Below, piece by piece: positions 1 through 8,967 of a stretch of 64,000 nucleotides of DNA; positions within the stretch are counted from its first letter, which is position 1; the number at the start of each line of letters is the position of its first letter. Under the pieces are notes generated by a model, which was not told the origin of the DNA, ran no database searches, and saw nothing but the letters and a program-made list of their open reading frames with translations. A program made the translations under genes and the position numbers. Location of the stretch: the NCBI GenBank assembly GCA_965223545.1, contig OZ245006.1, positions 5,472,001 through 5,536,000 of the forward strand, written 5' to 3'. This DNA comes from Planctomycetota bacterium (GTDB lineage Bacteria; Planctomycetota; UBA1135; UBA2386).

Positions 1-1004
1 GCCGCGGCGGTGCAGACCTTGACCGGCTTCTGGTCCATGCGGCTGCCGAGGCCGAGGCCGTCGGCGAGCGCGGTGCCGCCGATCATCGCGTTGACGACGA
101 ACGAGCTGAACGCGCCGGCGAACAAGCCGGCACAGAACAGCGCCGCCGCCGCGCGGCCGAACAAGGGCTCGAGCTGGCGGGCGACGTCGGCGGCACTGTG
201 CAGCGCCACGCCGCGCACCGAGCCGTGCAGCACGGCCGCGGCGGTACAGAGGACGGTCGCCGACAGCGCGGCGAGCACGGCGATGCCGGTCAGTGAGTCG
301 CGGAAGCCGACGCCGAGGTCGGCCGCGCTCCAACCCTTCTCCCGCACGAGATAGGCCTGGTAGAACGCGCCGGCGACCGAGAAGGTCGTGCCGATGAGGC
401 CGACGACGGGCAACAGCGGGTCGACGACGGTGTCGCCCTCGCGGTGCGGCCACAGCGCTCCGCGCGCTTCGTCGGGCAGCGATGGCCACAGCCCGGCCGC
501 GGCGGCGCCGAGGTCGGGCCGTGCCAGCAGCAGGTTGGCGAGAAAGCCGATGGCCATCGCGACCACCAGCAGCTTCATGGTCCGCTCCAACGGCACGTAC
601 AGGCGCCGCACGCCGAACACGGCCAGCAAGCAGACGAGATTGACCCCGGCGACCGCGGCCACGGACCACCGGCCGCCGCCGACCAACGGCTGCAGCGCGG
701 CGATCACGCCGAGGTTGTTGCTGAACTGAAAGCAGGCGACGATCGCGAACAGCACGACGCCGGTGAGCGCCGCCAGCGGCCGCCCGGCGTGGGTCGCCAC
801 CGCCTCGCACGGCGAGGTCGTGAGCTGCACGCCGAGTCGCGCCGCGATCCAGGTAGTGCCGGCCATCAGGGCCGCGGCGAGCAGCGGAACCCAGAGCAGG
901 GAGTAGCCGAAGTCGCTGCCGACCCGGGACGCCAGCAGGATGCTGCCCGGACCGAGCACCACCGAGGCGACGATCAGAGCCGGGCCGAAGCGCGCCCGCG
1001 TCAC
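1..1004 (-). CDS. NRAMP-family divalent cation/solute transporter (3' end runs off the window)
   Basis: Not in the ORF track because it is open-ended. Manual translation from GTG 1004 gives VTRARFGPALIVASVVLGPGSILLASRVGSDFGYSLLWV..., the NRAMP TM1 GPG / G..FGY.LLW pattern, and later VGTTFSVAGAFYQAYLV. The start overlaps the upstream TGA (GTGA). Confidence 0.8.
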   Translation of the reverse strand, partial: MTRARFGPALIVASVVLGPGSILLASRVGSDFGYSLLWVPLLAAALMAGTTWIAARLGVQLTTSPCEAVATHAGRPLAALTGVVLFAIVACFQFSNNLGVIAALQPLVGGGRWSVAAVAGVNLVCLLAVFGVRRLYVPLERTMKLLVVAMAIGFLANLLLARPDLGAAAAGLWPSLPDEARGALWPHREGDTVVDPLLPVVGLIGTTFSVAGAFYQAYLVREKGWSAADLGVGFRDSLTGIAVLAALSATVLCTAAAVLHGSVRGVALHSAADVARQLEPLFGRAAAALFCAGLFAGAFSSFVVNAMIGGTALADGLGLGSRMDQKPVKVCTAA

Positions 1005-2377
1005 GGCTCGATGCTCTGCATGGTGGACCAGTCGGGCAGCGGGCAGGCGCCATATCCCGTCGCGTTGAGGTCGCGCACGTCGATTGCGCCGGCGTCGATG
1101 CGCAGCGAGATCGTGCCGTCGGGCAGCGGGCCGTACAGCCGCGGCGCCGCGTCGGTGATCGCGCGCTGCTCGTCGCGATCGAGGAACCCGATCCCGCGCA
1201 CGTAGTGGTGCGCGTTGCGCTCGGTGTGCTCGATGCCGAGGGCGGCGGCGACCGCACAGTCCTGCTGCAGCGCGACGGCAGGTGGATTGGTCAGGTCTTC
1301 GCTGCTGAGGATCGCCCTCTGTCCGGCGGCGTGTGCGTTCTGCACCGCCGAGAAGCTGTGCAGCGTGCGGTAGAACCCCTTGCAGTTCTTGGCCGAGATT
1401 CCGTCGTAGCCGCTCTGCAGGGCGCGGACCACCGCGTCGTCGTCGTCGTCCGCCTCGTCGAGGATCACCGGCGTGCCGCCGAACGCTGCGCGCAGGCGGC
1501 CGCCGTCGATGGCGTCGGCGTGGCGGTCGAGGGGCTGCTCGACCCAGGCGACGCGCTCCCACAACGCGGCGGTCAGCGGGTCCTTCTGCACGGCGGTCCA
1601 CAGCGCCGCGCAGTGCTCGACGTCGGGCAGCTGCTCGTTGCCATCGACGGTGAGCCGGCAGTCCGGCGCGGCGCGTTCGAGCACGGTGGCGATGTCCCGC
1701 AACCGCGCGCACGCCGCATCGGGGTCGCCACCGATCTTCAGCTTGAACCAGCGGTGGCCGTAGGTGGCGCAGACGTCGGCCAGCGCGTGCGGCAGGCCGT
1801 CGTCGAGCGTGCCGCCATTCAGCGGGTCGCCGAGGCCGACCGTGTGGCGCACGTGCAGCCGGGGCAACGGCGCGGGCGGCAAGCCGGGCAGTGGCCCGCA
1901 GCCGAGCACGTCGTCGCGCAGCGCTTGGTGCAGGGTGCAGTCGAGCAGGCGGCAGAGCGCGTCGGTCACCGCGCTGTCGAGCAAGGCGACGCCGAAGCCG
2001 GCGGTCAGCCGCGGCAGCGCGGCGCCGGTGGGGGTGGCGAGGACCGCGGCCTCGATGGCGCGGTGCAGGCCGGCGCCGGAGTCGGGCTCTGCGTCGAGCG
2101 CGGCGGTGCGCGCCAGCCGGACCGAAGTGAGCAGGTCGTCGCGGCGTTCGTCGAGGCCGCGGTCGCGCTTGTCGAACCACATCGGCGACAGCACCGAAGC
2201 GCTGACGCCGAGCGCCGCCCGGCCGCCGGTCGCCTCGATGCGAACCCGCACGTACAGCAGCTCGAAGTCCGCCATCACGGCGTTGCCGAAGCGGAACGGG
2301 AAGCGTGTCGGCACGCGGCGCAAGAACGCGTCCACTGTGCGGACGCGCACTCCGGTCGCCGGCGAGGGCAAGGGCAT
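1001..2377 (-). CDS. Enolase/mandelate racemase superfamily enzyme
   Basis: FKLKIGG, DGNEQ, EQPL, DEAD, KNCKG and SEDL motifs match enolase-superfamily KxK and metal-ligand positions. Start moved to ATG 2377 (GTG 2380 is possible). Confidence 0.75.
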   Translation of the reverse strand: MPLPSPATGVRVRTVDAFLRRVPTRFPFRFGNAVMADFELLYVRVRIEATGGRAALGVSASVLSPMWFDKRDRGLDERRDDLLTSVRLARTAALDAEPDSGAGLHRAIEAAVLATPTGAALPRLTAGFGVALLDSAVTDALCRLLDCTLHQALRDDVLGCGPLPGLPPAPLPRLHVRHTVGLGDPLNGGTLDDGLPHALADVCATYGHRWFKLKIGGDPDAACARLRDIATVLERAAPDCRLTVDGNEQLPDVEHCAALWTAVQKDPLTAALWERVAWVEQPLDRHADAIDGGRLRAAFGGTPVILDEADDDDDAVVRALQSGYDGISAKNCKGFYRTLHSFSAVQNAHAAGQRAILSSEDLTNPPAVALQQDCAVAAALGIEHTERNAHHYVRGIGFLDRDEQRAITDAAPRLYGPLPDGTISLRIDAGAIDVRDLNATGYGACPLPDWSTMQSIEP

Positions 2378-2405
2378 CACGCGGCGATGATAGGGCCCGA
2401 GCCGC

Positions 2406-3719
2406 TCAGCCCGAGGCGACGTTCTGCTGCGCGGTGTCGAACTGTGGGAACACGGTCGGGTCACGCAGTGCTGCCTGCAGCACGATCGTCGCCGCGCCGC
2501 GGGCGATGCACTCGATGCCGAGTCCGCTGATCACCAGCCGGGAGCGCCGCACCGAGTCCGAGGGAGTGCGTTCGCCGAGGTTCTCGCGCAGCGGGCGCAG
2601 CAGCATTTCGCCGGCGCGGGTCAGGCTGCCGCCGAACACCACGGTGGCCGGGTTGAGCAAATTGAGCAGTGCGGCGACGCCGGTGGCCAGATGGCGGCCG
2701 GCCTGCTCGACGATGCCGCGGGCGAGCGGGTCGCCATCGAAGGCGGTTTCCACGATGCGGCTGACGGTGAGACCGCGCAGCGGCAGCGCGCTGTCGCCGT
2801 CTTGCTTGGCTCGGCTGCGCGCGCTCTCGATCAGGTGGCCGGTGCCGACGACGAGGTTGAGGCAGCCGTGCAGCCCGCACACGCACTTGCCGGCGGAGGG
2901 GTCGACGGGAATGTGACCGATCTCTCCGGCGATGCCGGCGGTGCCGCGGTAGATGTCACCCTGGATGATCAGGCCCGCGCCGACGCCGGTGGCGACCTTG
3001 ACGAAGGCGAGGTCCTCACCGTCTTGGCCGGCACCCCACCACTGCTCCGCGAGGGCGCCCAGGTTGGCGTCGTTCTCCATCACGACCGGAACGCCGTACC
3101 AATCCTCCAGCGAACGCACCGGGCTGTGGCCGCGCCAGCGCGGCACCAGGACGGGCGACAGGTGGTCGGGGTCGTCGGGCTCGATCGGGCTCGGCACCGC
3201 GACGCCGATGCCGACCAGTCGCTGTCGCTCGACGTGCGCCTCGGCCAGCGCTGTGTCGATCAGCGCGCGCATGGTGGTCAGCGCGCCCGCCGGATCGCCA
3301 CGCACGTCGTGCGGCGTCGTGCGCCACGCTTTGACGTTCGCCCGCAGGTCGGTCACCGCGACCGCGACGTAGGTGGCTCCCATGTCGACGCCGACGATGG
3401 CAAACGCATCGTCGTCGAAGCCGAGCAGAATCGGCCGCCGGCCGCCGCACGAGTCGCCGGACCCGGTCTCGCGCACCAGGCCGGTGGTGAGCAGATCGGT
3501 GACGATGGCCGAGATCGACGACCGGCTCAGGCCGGTGCGCCGCGCCAGATCGGCCCGCGAGATCAGGCGTTCGCGCCAGATGAGCCGGAGGAGAAGGCCG
3601 CGGTGCTGTGCGCGCACCTGGGATGCGCCCAAGACTTGGCCGACGACGTCCTCGTCGCCGGCGCCACGCCCGTTCTGCGCGCTCCGCTTCAGCGCGTCCC
3701 GTAACCGCCGATCTACCAC
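2406..3719 (-). CDS. ROK-family transcriptional repressor (XylR/NagC-like)
   Basis: N-terminal HTH ISRADLARRTGLSRSSISAIV and GGRRP; ROK motifs GVDMG, ENDANLGALAE, GVGAGLI, AGEIGH and CVCGLHGCL. Start approximate (GTG 3719). Confidence 0.92.
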   Translation of the reverse strand: MVDRRLRDALKRSAQNGRGAGDEDVVGQVLGASQVRAQHRGLLLRLIWRERLISRADLARRTGLSRSSISAIVTDLLTTGLVRETGSGDSCGGRRPILLGFDDDAFAIVGVDMGATYVAVAVTDLRANVKAWRTTPHDVRGDPAGALTTMRALIDTALAEAHVERQRLVGIGVAVPSPIEPDDPDHLSPVLVPRWRGHSPVRSLEDWYGVPVVMENDANLGALAEQWWGAGQDGEDLAFVKVATGVGAGLIIQGDIYRGTAGIAGEIGHIPVDPSAGKCVCGLHGCLNLVVGTGHLIESARSRAKQDGDSALPLRGLTVSRIVETAFDGDPLARGIVEQAGRHLATGVAALLNLLNPATVVFGGSLTRAGEMLLRPLRENLGERTPSDSVRRSRLVISGLGIECIARGAATIVLQAALRDPTVFPQFDTAQQNVASG

Positions 3720-3931
3720 TGACTTACTCTGTTGTGTGAACAAACGAGAAGGGGCCACAGCGCAGTCCGGCTGGCGCCCAGACCGCCCCGGTTGTCGTTG
3801 AGTGTGACCCAACATACTGCAAGAACGGTAGATATGCAATAGATGCAGGGGCGGTGCGCTGCCGTGTCGTGGTCCCGAGCCGCAGAAGAAAAAACTGAAA
3901 CTGAGGGCTTGACGAGCATCAAAGAACTCTG

Positions 3932-3952
3932 TTCGTTCTGTGGCCGAACGAA
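3932..3952. promoter_or_regulatory. Putative ROK operator, inverted repeat TTCGTTC-N7-GAACGAA
   Basis: Perfect 7-bp inverted repeat in the AT-richer divergent intergenic region, 17 bp downstream of TTGACG (3909-3914). It resembles TT..AA-bounded ROK operators. Confidence 0.45.
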
Positions 3953-4046
3953 GTCGGCGCCGCGAGGGCGGGGCCGCCAAACTCTCTGAGCCTCTCGTTT
4001 CGCATGCCGCCGTGCAGGCGGCGCCCAACCCCCTTTTGGAACGCAG

Positions 4047-5069
4047 ATGATGTCCATGCCCCGCACCGCCCTGCTCGCCGCCGCGCTCCTCGCGGTGCCG
4101 TGTCAGGCGCAGACGAACTTCTTGACCAACCCCGGCTTCGAGAGCGGCTTCTCGGGCTGGGGGATGTTCGGCAACGTCGCTTCGCAGACCGCCAACCCGC
4201 CGCAGTTCACGCCGCGCACCGGCAATGGCCTGGCCTCGCTGGCCGGCCAGGGCGGTGCCTTCAACGTCAGCGGCATCTTCCAGAGCTTCCCGGCGAGCCC
4301 CGGCGATCAGTTCACCCTGGATGCCTACTCGCGGCATTGGGCCGGCGATCCGCTGATCGGCGCCGGTCCGCCCAACGACAACTGGGCGATCATGAAGATG
4401 GCGTTCTTCGACGTCTCCAACAACGAGATCGGCGGCGTCGAGGCGACGATCCTGGACGGCAACTCGCCGGTGGACGTCTGGATCGACAACCCCGCGATCA
4501 TGGGTACCGCGCCCGCCGGGACCGTCACCGTGCAGGCGTTCGTCATGTTCTTGCAGCCCGCGGCCGAGCTCGGGACCGCGCTCGTCGACGACCTGTTCTT
4601 CACCGGCCCTGCGCGCAACGCGCCGTATCCCGGCACCAACGAGGACCTGCTGCTGACCACCGGCGTCGGCCCCGGGCCGACCACGGGCGGTACCGGCAAC
4701 TACATCAAGACCGCCAACGCAGGTGACCTGCTCACCTGCAACGTGCTGTCGCCGGGCAACACCTACGACATGGCGCCGTACTTCCTGCTCGGCCAGGGAT
4801 TCGCGACCGGCAACCCGCCGCAGCCCAGCATCTTCTTCCCGGCCCTGCACTTCGACATTCGCCTGCCGGTCCTCGTGCTGGTCAACGGCGGTCTCGGTGG
4901 TCCACTCGGACCGCCGCGCATCGGCCCGCTGCAGGGCACCTCGACCTACTACACCGCGCCGGCCGGCTTCGGAGGCTCCAGCATCATGCTGCAGGCCGTG
5001 GTCATCGACCCCAACGCCGCCAACGGGATCTTCGCCGCCAGTGACGGCTACGAGATCCAGTTCAACTAG
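4047..5069 (+). CDS. Secreted protein, CBM-like N-terminal domain plus conserved C-terminal domain (paralogue 1)
   Basis: Signal peptide ending CQAQ, then NFLTNPGFE..W (CBM4/galactose-binding-like start). The C-terminus LQAVVIDPNAANG...SDGYEIQF is shared with other proteins in the window. Confidence 0.75.
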   Translation: MMSMPRTALLAAALLAVPCQAQTNFLTNPGFESGFSGWGMFGNVASQTANPPQFTPRTGNGLASLAGQGGAFNVSGIFQSFPASPGDQFTLDAYSRHWAGDPLIGAGPPNDNWAIMKMAFFDVSNNEIGGVEATILDGNSPVDVWIDNPAIMGTAPAGTVTVQAFVMFLQPAAELGTALVDDLFFTGPARNAPYPGTNEDLLLTTGVGPGPTTGGTGNYIKTANAGDLLTCNVLSPGNTYDMAPYFLLGQGFATGNPPQPSIFFPALHFDIRLPVLVLVNGGLGGPLGPPRIGPLQGTSTYYTAPAGFGGSSIMLQAVVIDPNAANGIFAASDGYEIQFN

Positions 5070-5104
5070 CCGTTGCCCATCGAACAACACACAGAGAATT
5101 CATC

Positions 5105-6124
5105 ATGCAGCTCACGATTCGTACCGCGTTCCTCACGGCCGCCCTGCTGGCGCTGCCGTGCCACGCGCAGACCAACATTCTCCGCAACAGTAGCTTCGAG
5201 GGCGGCGGCCTCGCCGGCTGGAACGTCTTCGGCAACGTCTTCGCCGAGAGCGGCAAGCCCGGCATCGTGCCGCGCACCGGCTCCACGCTGGCCAAGATGT
5301 TCGGTCAGTTCACCGGCTCCTTCAACGTCGGCGGCATCTTCCAGAGCTTCCCCGCCGCACCGGGTGACACCTTCACCATGGACTGCTGGTCGCGCCACTA
5401 CAGCGGCGATCCGCTGATCGGTGCCGGTCCGCCCAACGACAACTGGATGGTGATGAAGATCGCCTTCTTCGATGCGACCGGGGCCGAGATCACCGGCACC
5501 GAGGCGACGATCTTGGACGGCACGTCTCCGACCGATGTCTGGATCAACAACGCGCCGATCATGGCGACCGCGCCGGCGGCGACGGTTTCGGTGCAAGCGT
5601 TGATCCTCTTCCTGCAGCCGGCCGTGGATGGTGGCGCTGGTCAGGTCGACGACATCTTCTTCACCGGCGGCCCCGACAACCCTCCCTATCCCGGCACCAG
5701 CGAAGACCTGGTGTTGACCACCGGTGTGGGGCCGGGTGGCACGTCGGGCGGCAACGGCAACTACATCAAGCAAGCGTTCGCCGGCGACCTGATCGAGTGC
5801 AACGTCGCGTCGCCCAACGGCACCTACGCGCTGGCGCCGTACATCATGTTCGCGCAGGGTTTCGTCACCGGCAACCCACCGCAGCCGCTCGTGCTGCCGT
5901 CGCTGTATCTCGACCTCAGCAAGCCGATCATCCTGCTGGTGACCGGCAGTGGGCTGCCGCCGCTGGGTGCGGCGCTGATCGGCCCGAACGGCTCGTCGAC
6001 CTTCTATGCCGTGCCCGCTGGGTTGACTGGCAACAGTGTCATCGTGCAAGCGCTGGTCTCGGACATGAGCGCCGCCAACGGTCGCTACGCGGCGACCGAC
6101 GCCTACGAGTTCGAGTTCAAGTAA
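5105..6124 (+). CDS. Secreted protein, CBM-like N-terminal domain plus conserved C-terminal domain (paralogue 2)
   Basis: Collinear with 4047..5069, sharing GIFQSFPA, GDPLIGAGPPNDNW, EATILDG.SP.DVWI and YPGT.EDL.LTTGVGPG. Confidence 0.75.
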   Translation: MQLTIRTAFLTAALLALPCHAQTNILRNSSFEGGGLAGWNVFGNVFAESGKPGIVPRTGSTLAKMFGQFTGSFNVGGIFQSFPAAPGDTFTMDCWSRHYSGDPLIGAGPPNDNWMVMKIAFFDATGAEITGTEATILDGTSPTDVWINNAPIMATAPAATVSVQALILFLQPAVDGGAGQVDDIFFTGGPDNPPYPGTSEDLVLTTGVGPGGTSGGNGNYIKQAFAGDLIECNVASPNGTYALAPYIMFAQGFVTGNPPQPLVLPSLYLDLSKPIILLVTGSGLPPLGAALIGPNGSSTFYAVPAGLTGNSVIVQALVSDMSAANGRYAATDAYEFEFK

Positions 6125-6142
6125 GCCGGCAATTCCGGCCCA

Positions 6143-6164
6143 CGCCCCGCGCGGATGCGGGGCG
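6143..6164 (+). terminator. GC-rich intergenic hairpin (terminator or mRNA stabiliser)
   Basis: CGCCCCGC-gcggat-GCGGGGCG just after the 6124 stop; no U-tract. Confidence 0.35.
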
Positions 6165-6223
6165 CTGACGCAACCCGCGGTTCCCCGCCCGGGGTCCGCT
6201 GCCACCTGATCCGGATCTTCGTC

Positions 6224-7786
6224 GTGCCCGCCCGTCCCCGGTCCGCTCACCCCACGTTGCTCGCCCTGGTGGTCGCCCTCGGCGGCTTCCTGATGGGGTT
6301 CGACACCGCGGTGATCTCGGGCGCGATCGACCCCATCAGCGGGGCGTTCACGCTCGACGCCGAGCAGACCGGCTGGGCGGTCAGCTGCTTGACCCTCGGC
6401 GCGACCGTGGCGATGGCGTTGGCCGGCAAGCTGGCCGATCGCATCGGTCGCCGGTCGGTGCTGATGCTCACCGCCGCGCTGTTCACCGGCTCGGCGATCG
6501 GCTGCGCGCTCGCCGATGAGTTTTGGATTCTCGTCGTCGCGCGCATCATCGGCGGCTTCGGGGTCGGCGGCGCGCTGCTGATCGCGCCGGTCTACATCGC
6601 CGAGATCGCGCCCGCGGAGCGCCGCGGCCAGCTGGTGTCCTTCAACCAGCTCAACATCGTGCTGGGGATCTCGGCCGCGTTCTTCTCCAACTACTTCCTC
6701 GGCGAAGCCGGCCTGTCGTGGCGCTGGATGCTGGGTGTCGAGGCGATCCCGGCGGCGCTGTACTTCCTGGCACTGCCGGCCGTGCCGCGCAGTCCGCGCT
6801 GGCTCGCCGCGCAGGGGAGGCTCGAGGAGGCGCGCGACGTCTTGGCGCGTATCCACGGCGCTGCGGCGGCCGACGCCGCGTTGAACGAAGTGCGCGCCGG
6901 GCTGGCGTCTGACGCAGCGCGACCGGCGGCGCGGGTGGGCGAGCTGCTCGACCGCCGCATGCGCCGGGTCATGGTGGTCGGGCTGGGGCTCGGCTTCTTC
7001 CAGCAGATCACCGGCATCAACGCGATCTTCTACTACTCGACGACGATCTTCTCGATGGCGGGCCTCGAGCGGGACACCGCGCTGTGGCACGCGGTCGTCG
7101 TCGGCCTCGTCAACGTCGTCTTCACTCTCTACGCCATGTGGCTCATCGACCGCGTCGGGCGCCGGCCGCTGCTCTTGGTCGGCACCGCGGTGATGACGCT
7201 CGCGCTGCTCGCCAGCGGTGCGGCCTTCGCCTCGGCCACCTACGCGGTGACGCCGGCCGCCGTGGCGACCACCACCAAGAAGTTGTCGGCCGATGCCGCC
7301 AGCGCCCTGCGCGCACTCGAGGGGCAGACCTACGATAGTCAGCTCGCGTTGGCTGCAGCGGTGCGCGACCGGCCCGCGTCGCTGGATGCCGATGCCGCCA
7401 CCGCGCTCTCCGGCGCGATCGAGGCGCTGGCCAAGAACAGCCTGCAGCTCGACGAGTGGGTGGTGCTGGTGGCGATCCTCGCCTACATCGCCGCGTTCGC
7501 GATCTCGCTCGGCCCGGTGATGTGGGCGATGTTCTCGGAGATCTTCCCGCAGCGCTTGCGCGGACTGGCGATCTCCGCCGCCGGCTTCTTCAACTCGGCG
7601 GTGTCGTTCACCGTCGTGCAGCTGTTCCCCACCGGCATCGACCGTCTGGGGCCGGCGGTGGTGTACTTCGTTTTCGCCGGTTTTGCCGCGATGGCGTTCG
7701 CCTTCTCGCTGTGGGTCGTGCCCGAGACCAAGGGCAAGAGTCTCGAAGAGCTCGAGGCGCAGTTGATCGGAGCGGGCGAAGCATGA
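6224..7786 (+). CDS. MFS sugar porter (XylE/GalP family)
   Basis: GGFLMGFDTAVISGA, DRIGRR, PVYIAEIAP..RRG, PRSPRWL, QQITGINAIFYY, DRVGRR and VPETKGKSLEE. Start probably GTG 6224. Confidence 0.95.
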   Translation: MPARPRSAHPTLLALVVALGGFLMGFDTAVISGAIDPISGAFTLDAEQTGWAVSCLTLGATVAMALAGKLADRIGRRSVLMLTAALFTGSAIGCALADEFWILVVARIIGGFGVGGALLIAPVYIAEIAPAERRGQLVSFNQLNIVLGISAAFFSNYFLGEAGLSWRWMLGVEAIPAALYFLALPAVPRSPRWLAAQGRLEEARDVLARIHGAAAADAALNEVRAGLASDAARPAARVGELLDRRMRRVMVVGLGLGFFQQITGINAIFYYSTTIFSMAGLERDTALWHAVVVGLVNVVFTLYAMWLIDRVGRRPLLLVGTAVMTLALLASGAAFASATYAVTPAAVATTTKKLSADAASALRALEGQTYDSQLALAAAVRDRPASLDADAATALSGAIEALAKNSLQLDEWVVLVAILAYIAAFAISLGPVMWAMFSEIFPQRLRGLAISAAGFFNSAVSFTVVQLFPTGIDRLGPAVVYFVFAGFAAMAFAFSLWVVPETKGKSLEELEAQLIGAGEA

Positions 7787-8967
7787 TGCGGTTGGCGATT
7801 CGGCTGTCGGGGTTCGCGGTGTCGGCGGCGCTGGGACCCTGCGCTGCGGCGATGGCCCAACAAGAGCTGACGGTGGCGCTGCCGAAGGTCGAAGCGCCCG
7901 CGGCAGAGGGCTTCGTCGACTTCGGGCTCGAGGTCGCGGTCGGCGGCCGTTATCGGTGTGTGGTGCAGGTTGCACCGAGCCAAGGCGGCACCGCCGTGGT
8001 GTGGGTGGAGGACTACGTCGGCAATCCCGACGGCCGCACCTACGACATCACCGGTCCGCTGCCGGTGGCGGCGAGTGTCGATGCGGTCGAGTGCAGCGGC
8101 AGCCCCCTGGACCGGGGCCCCCGTCGCATGCGCGTGCACTGGAGTGGTGGGCCGCTGCAGCTGCGCGCGGTGCGCTTCTCACTGATGCGTCGGCATGCCC
8201 ACACCCCGACCGCGATGGTGCAGCGCACCCAGGGCGAGCAGTGGGTGCTGGTCTGGTCGGACGAGTTCGACGGCGAGGGAGCACCGGACCCGGCGAAGTG
8301 GACCCATGACCTCGGCAACTGGGGATGGGGCAACCGCGAGCTGCAGTACTACACGGATGCGTCGAAGGACAACGCGCGGCGCGAAGGGGGCCACCTGATC
8401 ATCGAGGCGCGCCGGGACGGCGCCGGCGCGTGGACCTCGGCGCGGCTGACGACGCGGGGCAAAGTCAGCTTCCTCTACGGTCGGGTCGAGATCCGCGCCA
8501 TGGTCCCGGCCGGCGACGGCATGTGGGCCGCGGGCTGGCTTCTGGGCGATGCCTATCGCGACGAGAAGTCCTGGCCCTACTGCGGCGAGATCGACGTGCT
8601 CGAGGGCGTCGGCAAGGAGATCGACGACACGACCGGCGACGGCACCAATCACGCGTCGTGCCATACGCGGGCCTACTACTTCAAGCAGGGCAACCACATC
8701 TCTTCTCGGACGCAGGTGGCGGGCATGGGCACGTCGTTTCACGACTACGTGCTCGAGTGGTGGCCGGACCGGATCACGGTCGCTGTCGACGGTGAGCAGT
8801 ACTACGTCTACGACAAGACCGACGGCCCGTTGGAGTGGCCGTTCGACACGCCGCAGAATCTGATCCTCAATCTGGCGGTCGGGGGCGGCATGGGGGGACC
8901 GGTTGCCGAGGGGTTGCAGCGGCAGCGCTACGTCATCGACCACGTCAGGGTGTACGGCCGGCAATGA
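7783..8967 (+). CDS. GH16 beta-1,3-glucanase (laminarinase-like) with an N-terminal accessory module
   Basis: WSDEFDG, GWGNRELQYYT, TSARLTT, WPYCGEIDVLE (EIDxxE catalytic motif) and LILNLAVGG. ATG 7783 overlaps the porter stop. Confidence 0.93.
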   Translation: MMRLAIRLSGFAVSAALGPCAAAMAQQELTVALPKVEAPAAEGFVDFGLEVAVGGRYRCVVQVAPSQGGTAVVWVEDYVGNPDGRTYDITGPLPVAASVDAVECSGSPLDRGPRRMRVHWSGGPLQLRAVRFSLMRRHAHTPTAMVQRTQGEQWVLVWSDEFDGEGAPDPAKWTHDLGNWGWGNRELQYYTDASKDNARREGGHLIIEARRDGAGAWTSARLTTRGKVSFLYGRVEIRAMVPAGDGMWAAGWLLGDAYRDEKSWPYCGEIDVLEGVGKEIDDTTGDGTNHASCHTRAYYFKQGNHISSRTQVAGMGTSFHDYVLEWWPDRITVAVDGEQYYVYDKTDGPLEWPFDTPQNLILNLAVGGGMGGPVAEGLQRQRYVIDHVRVYGRQ

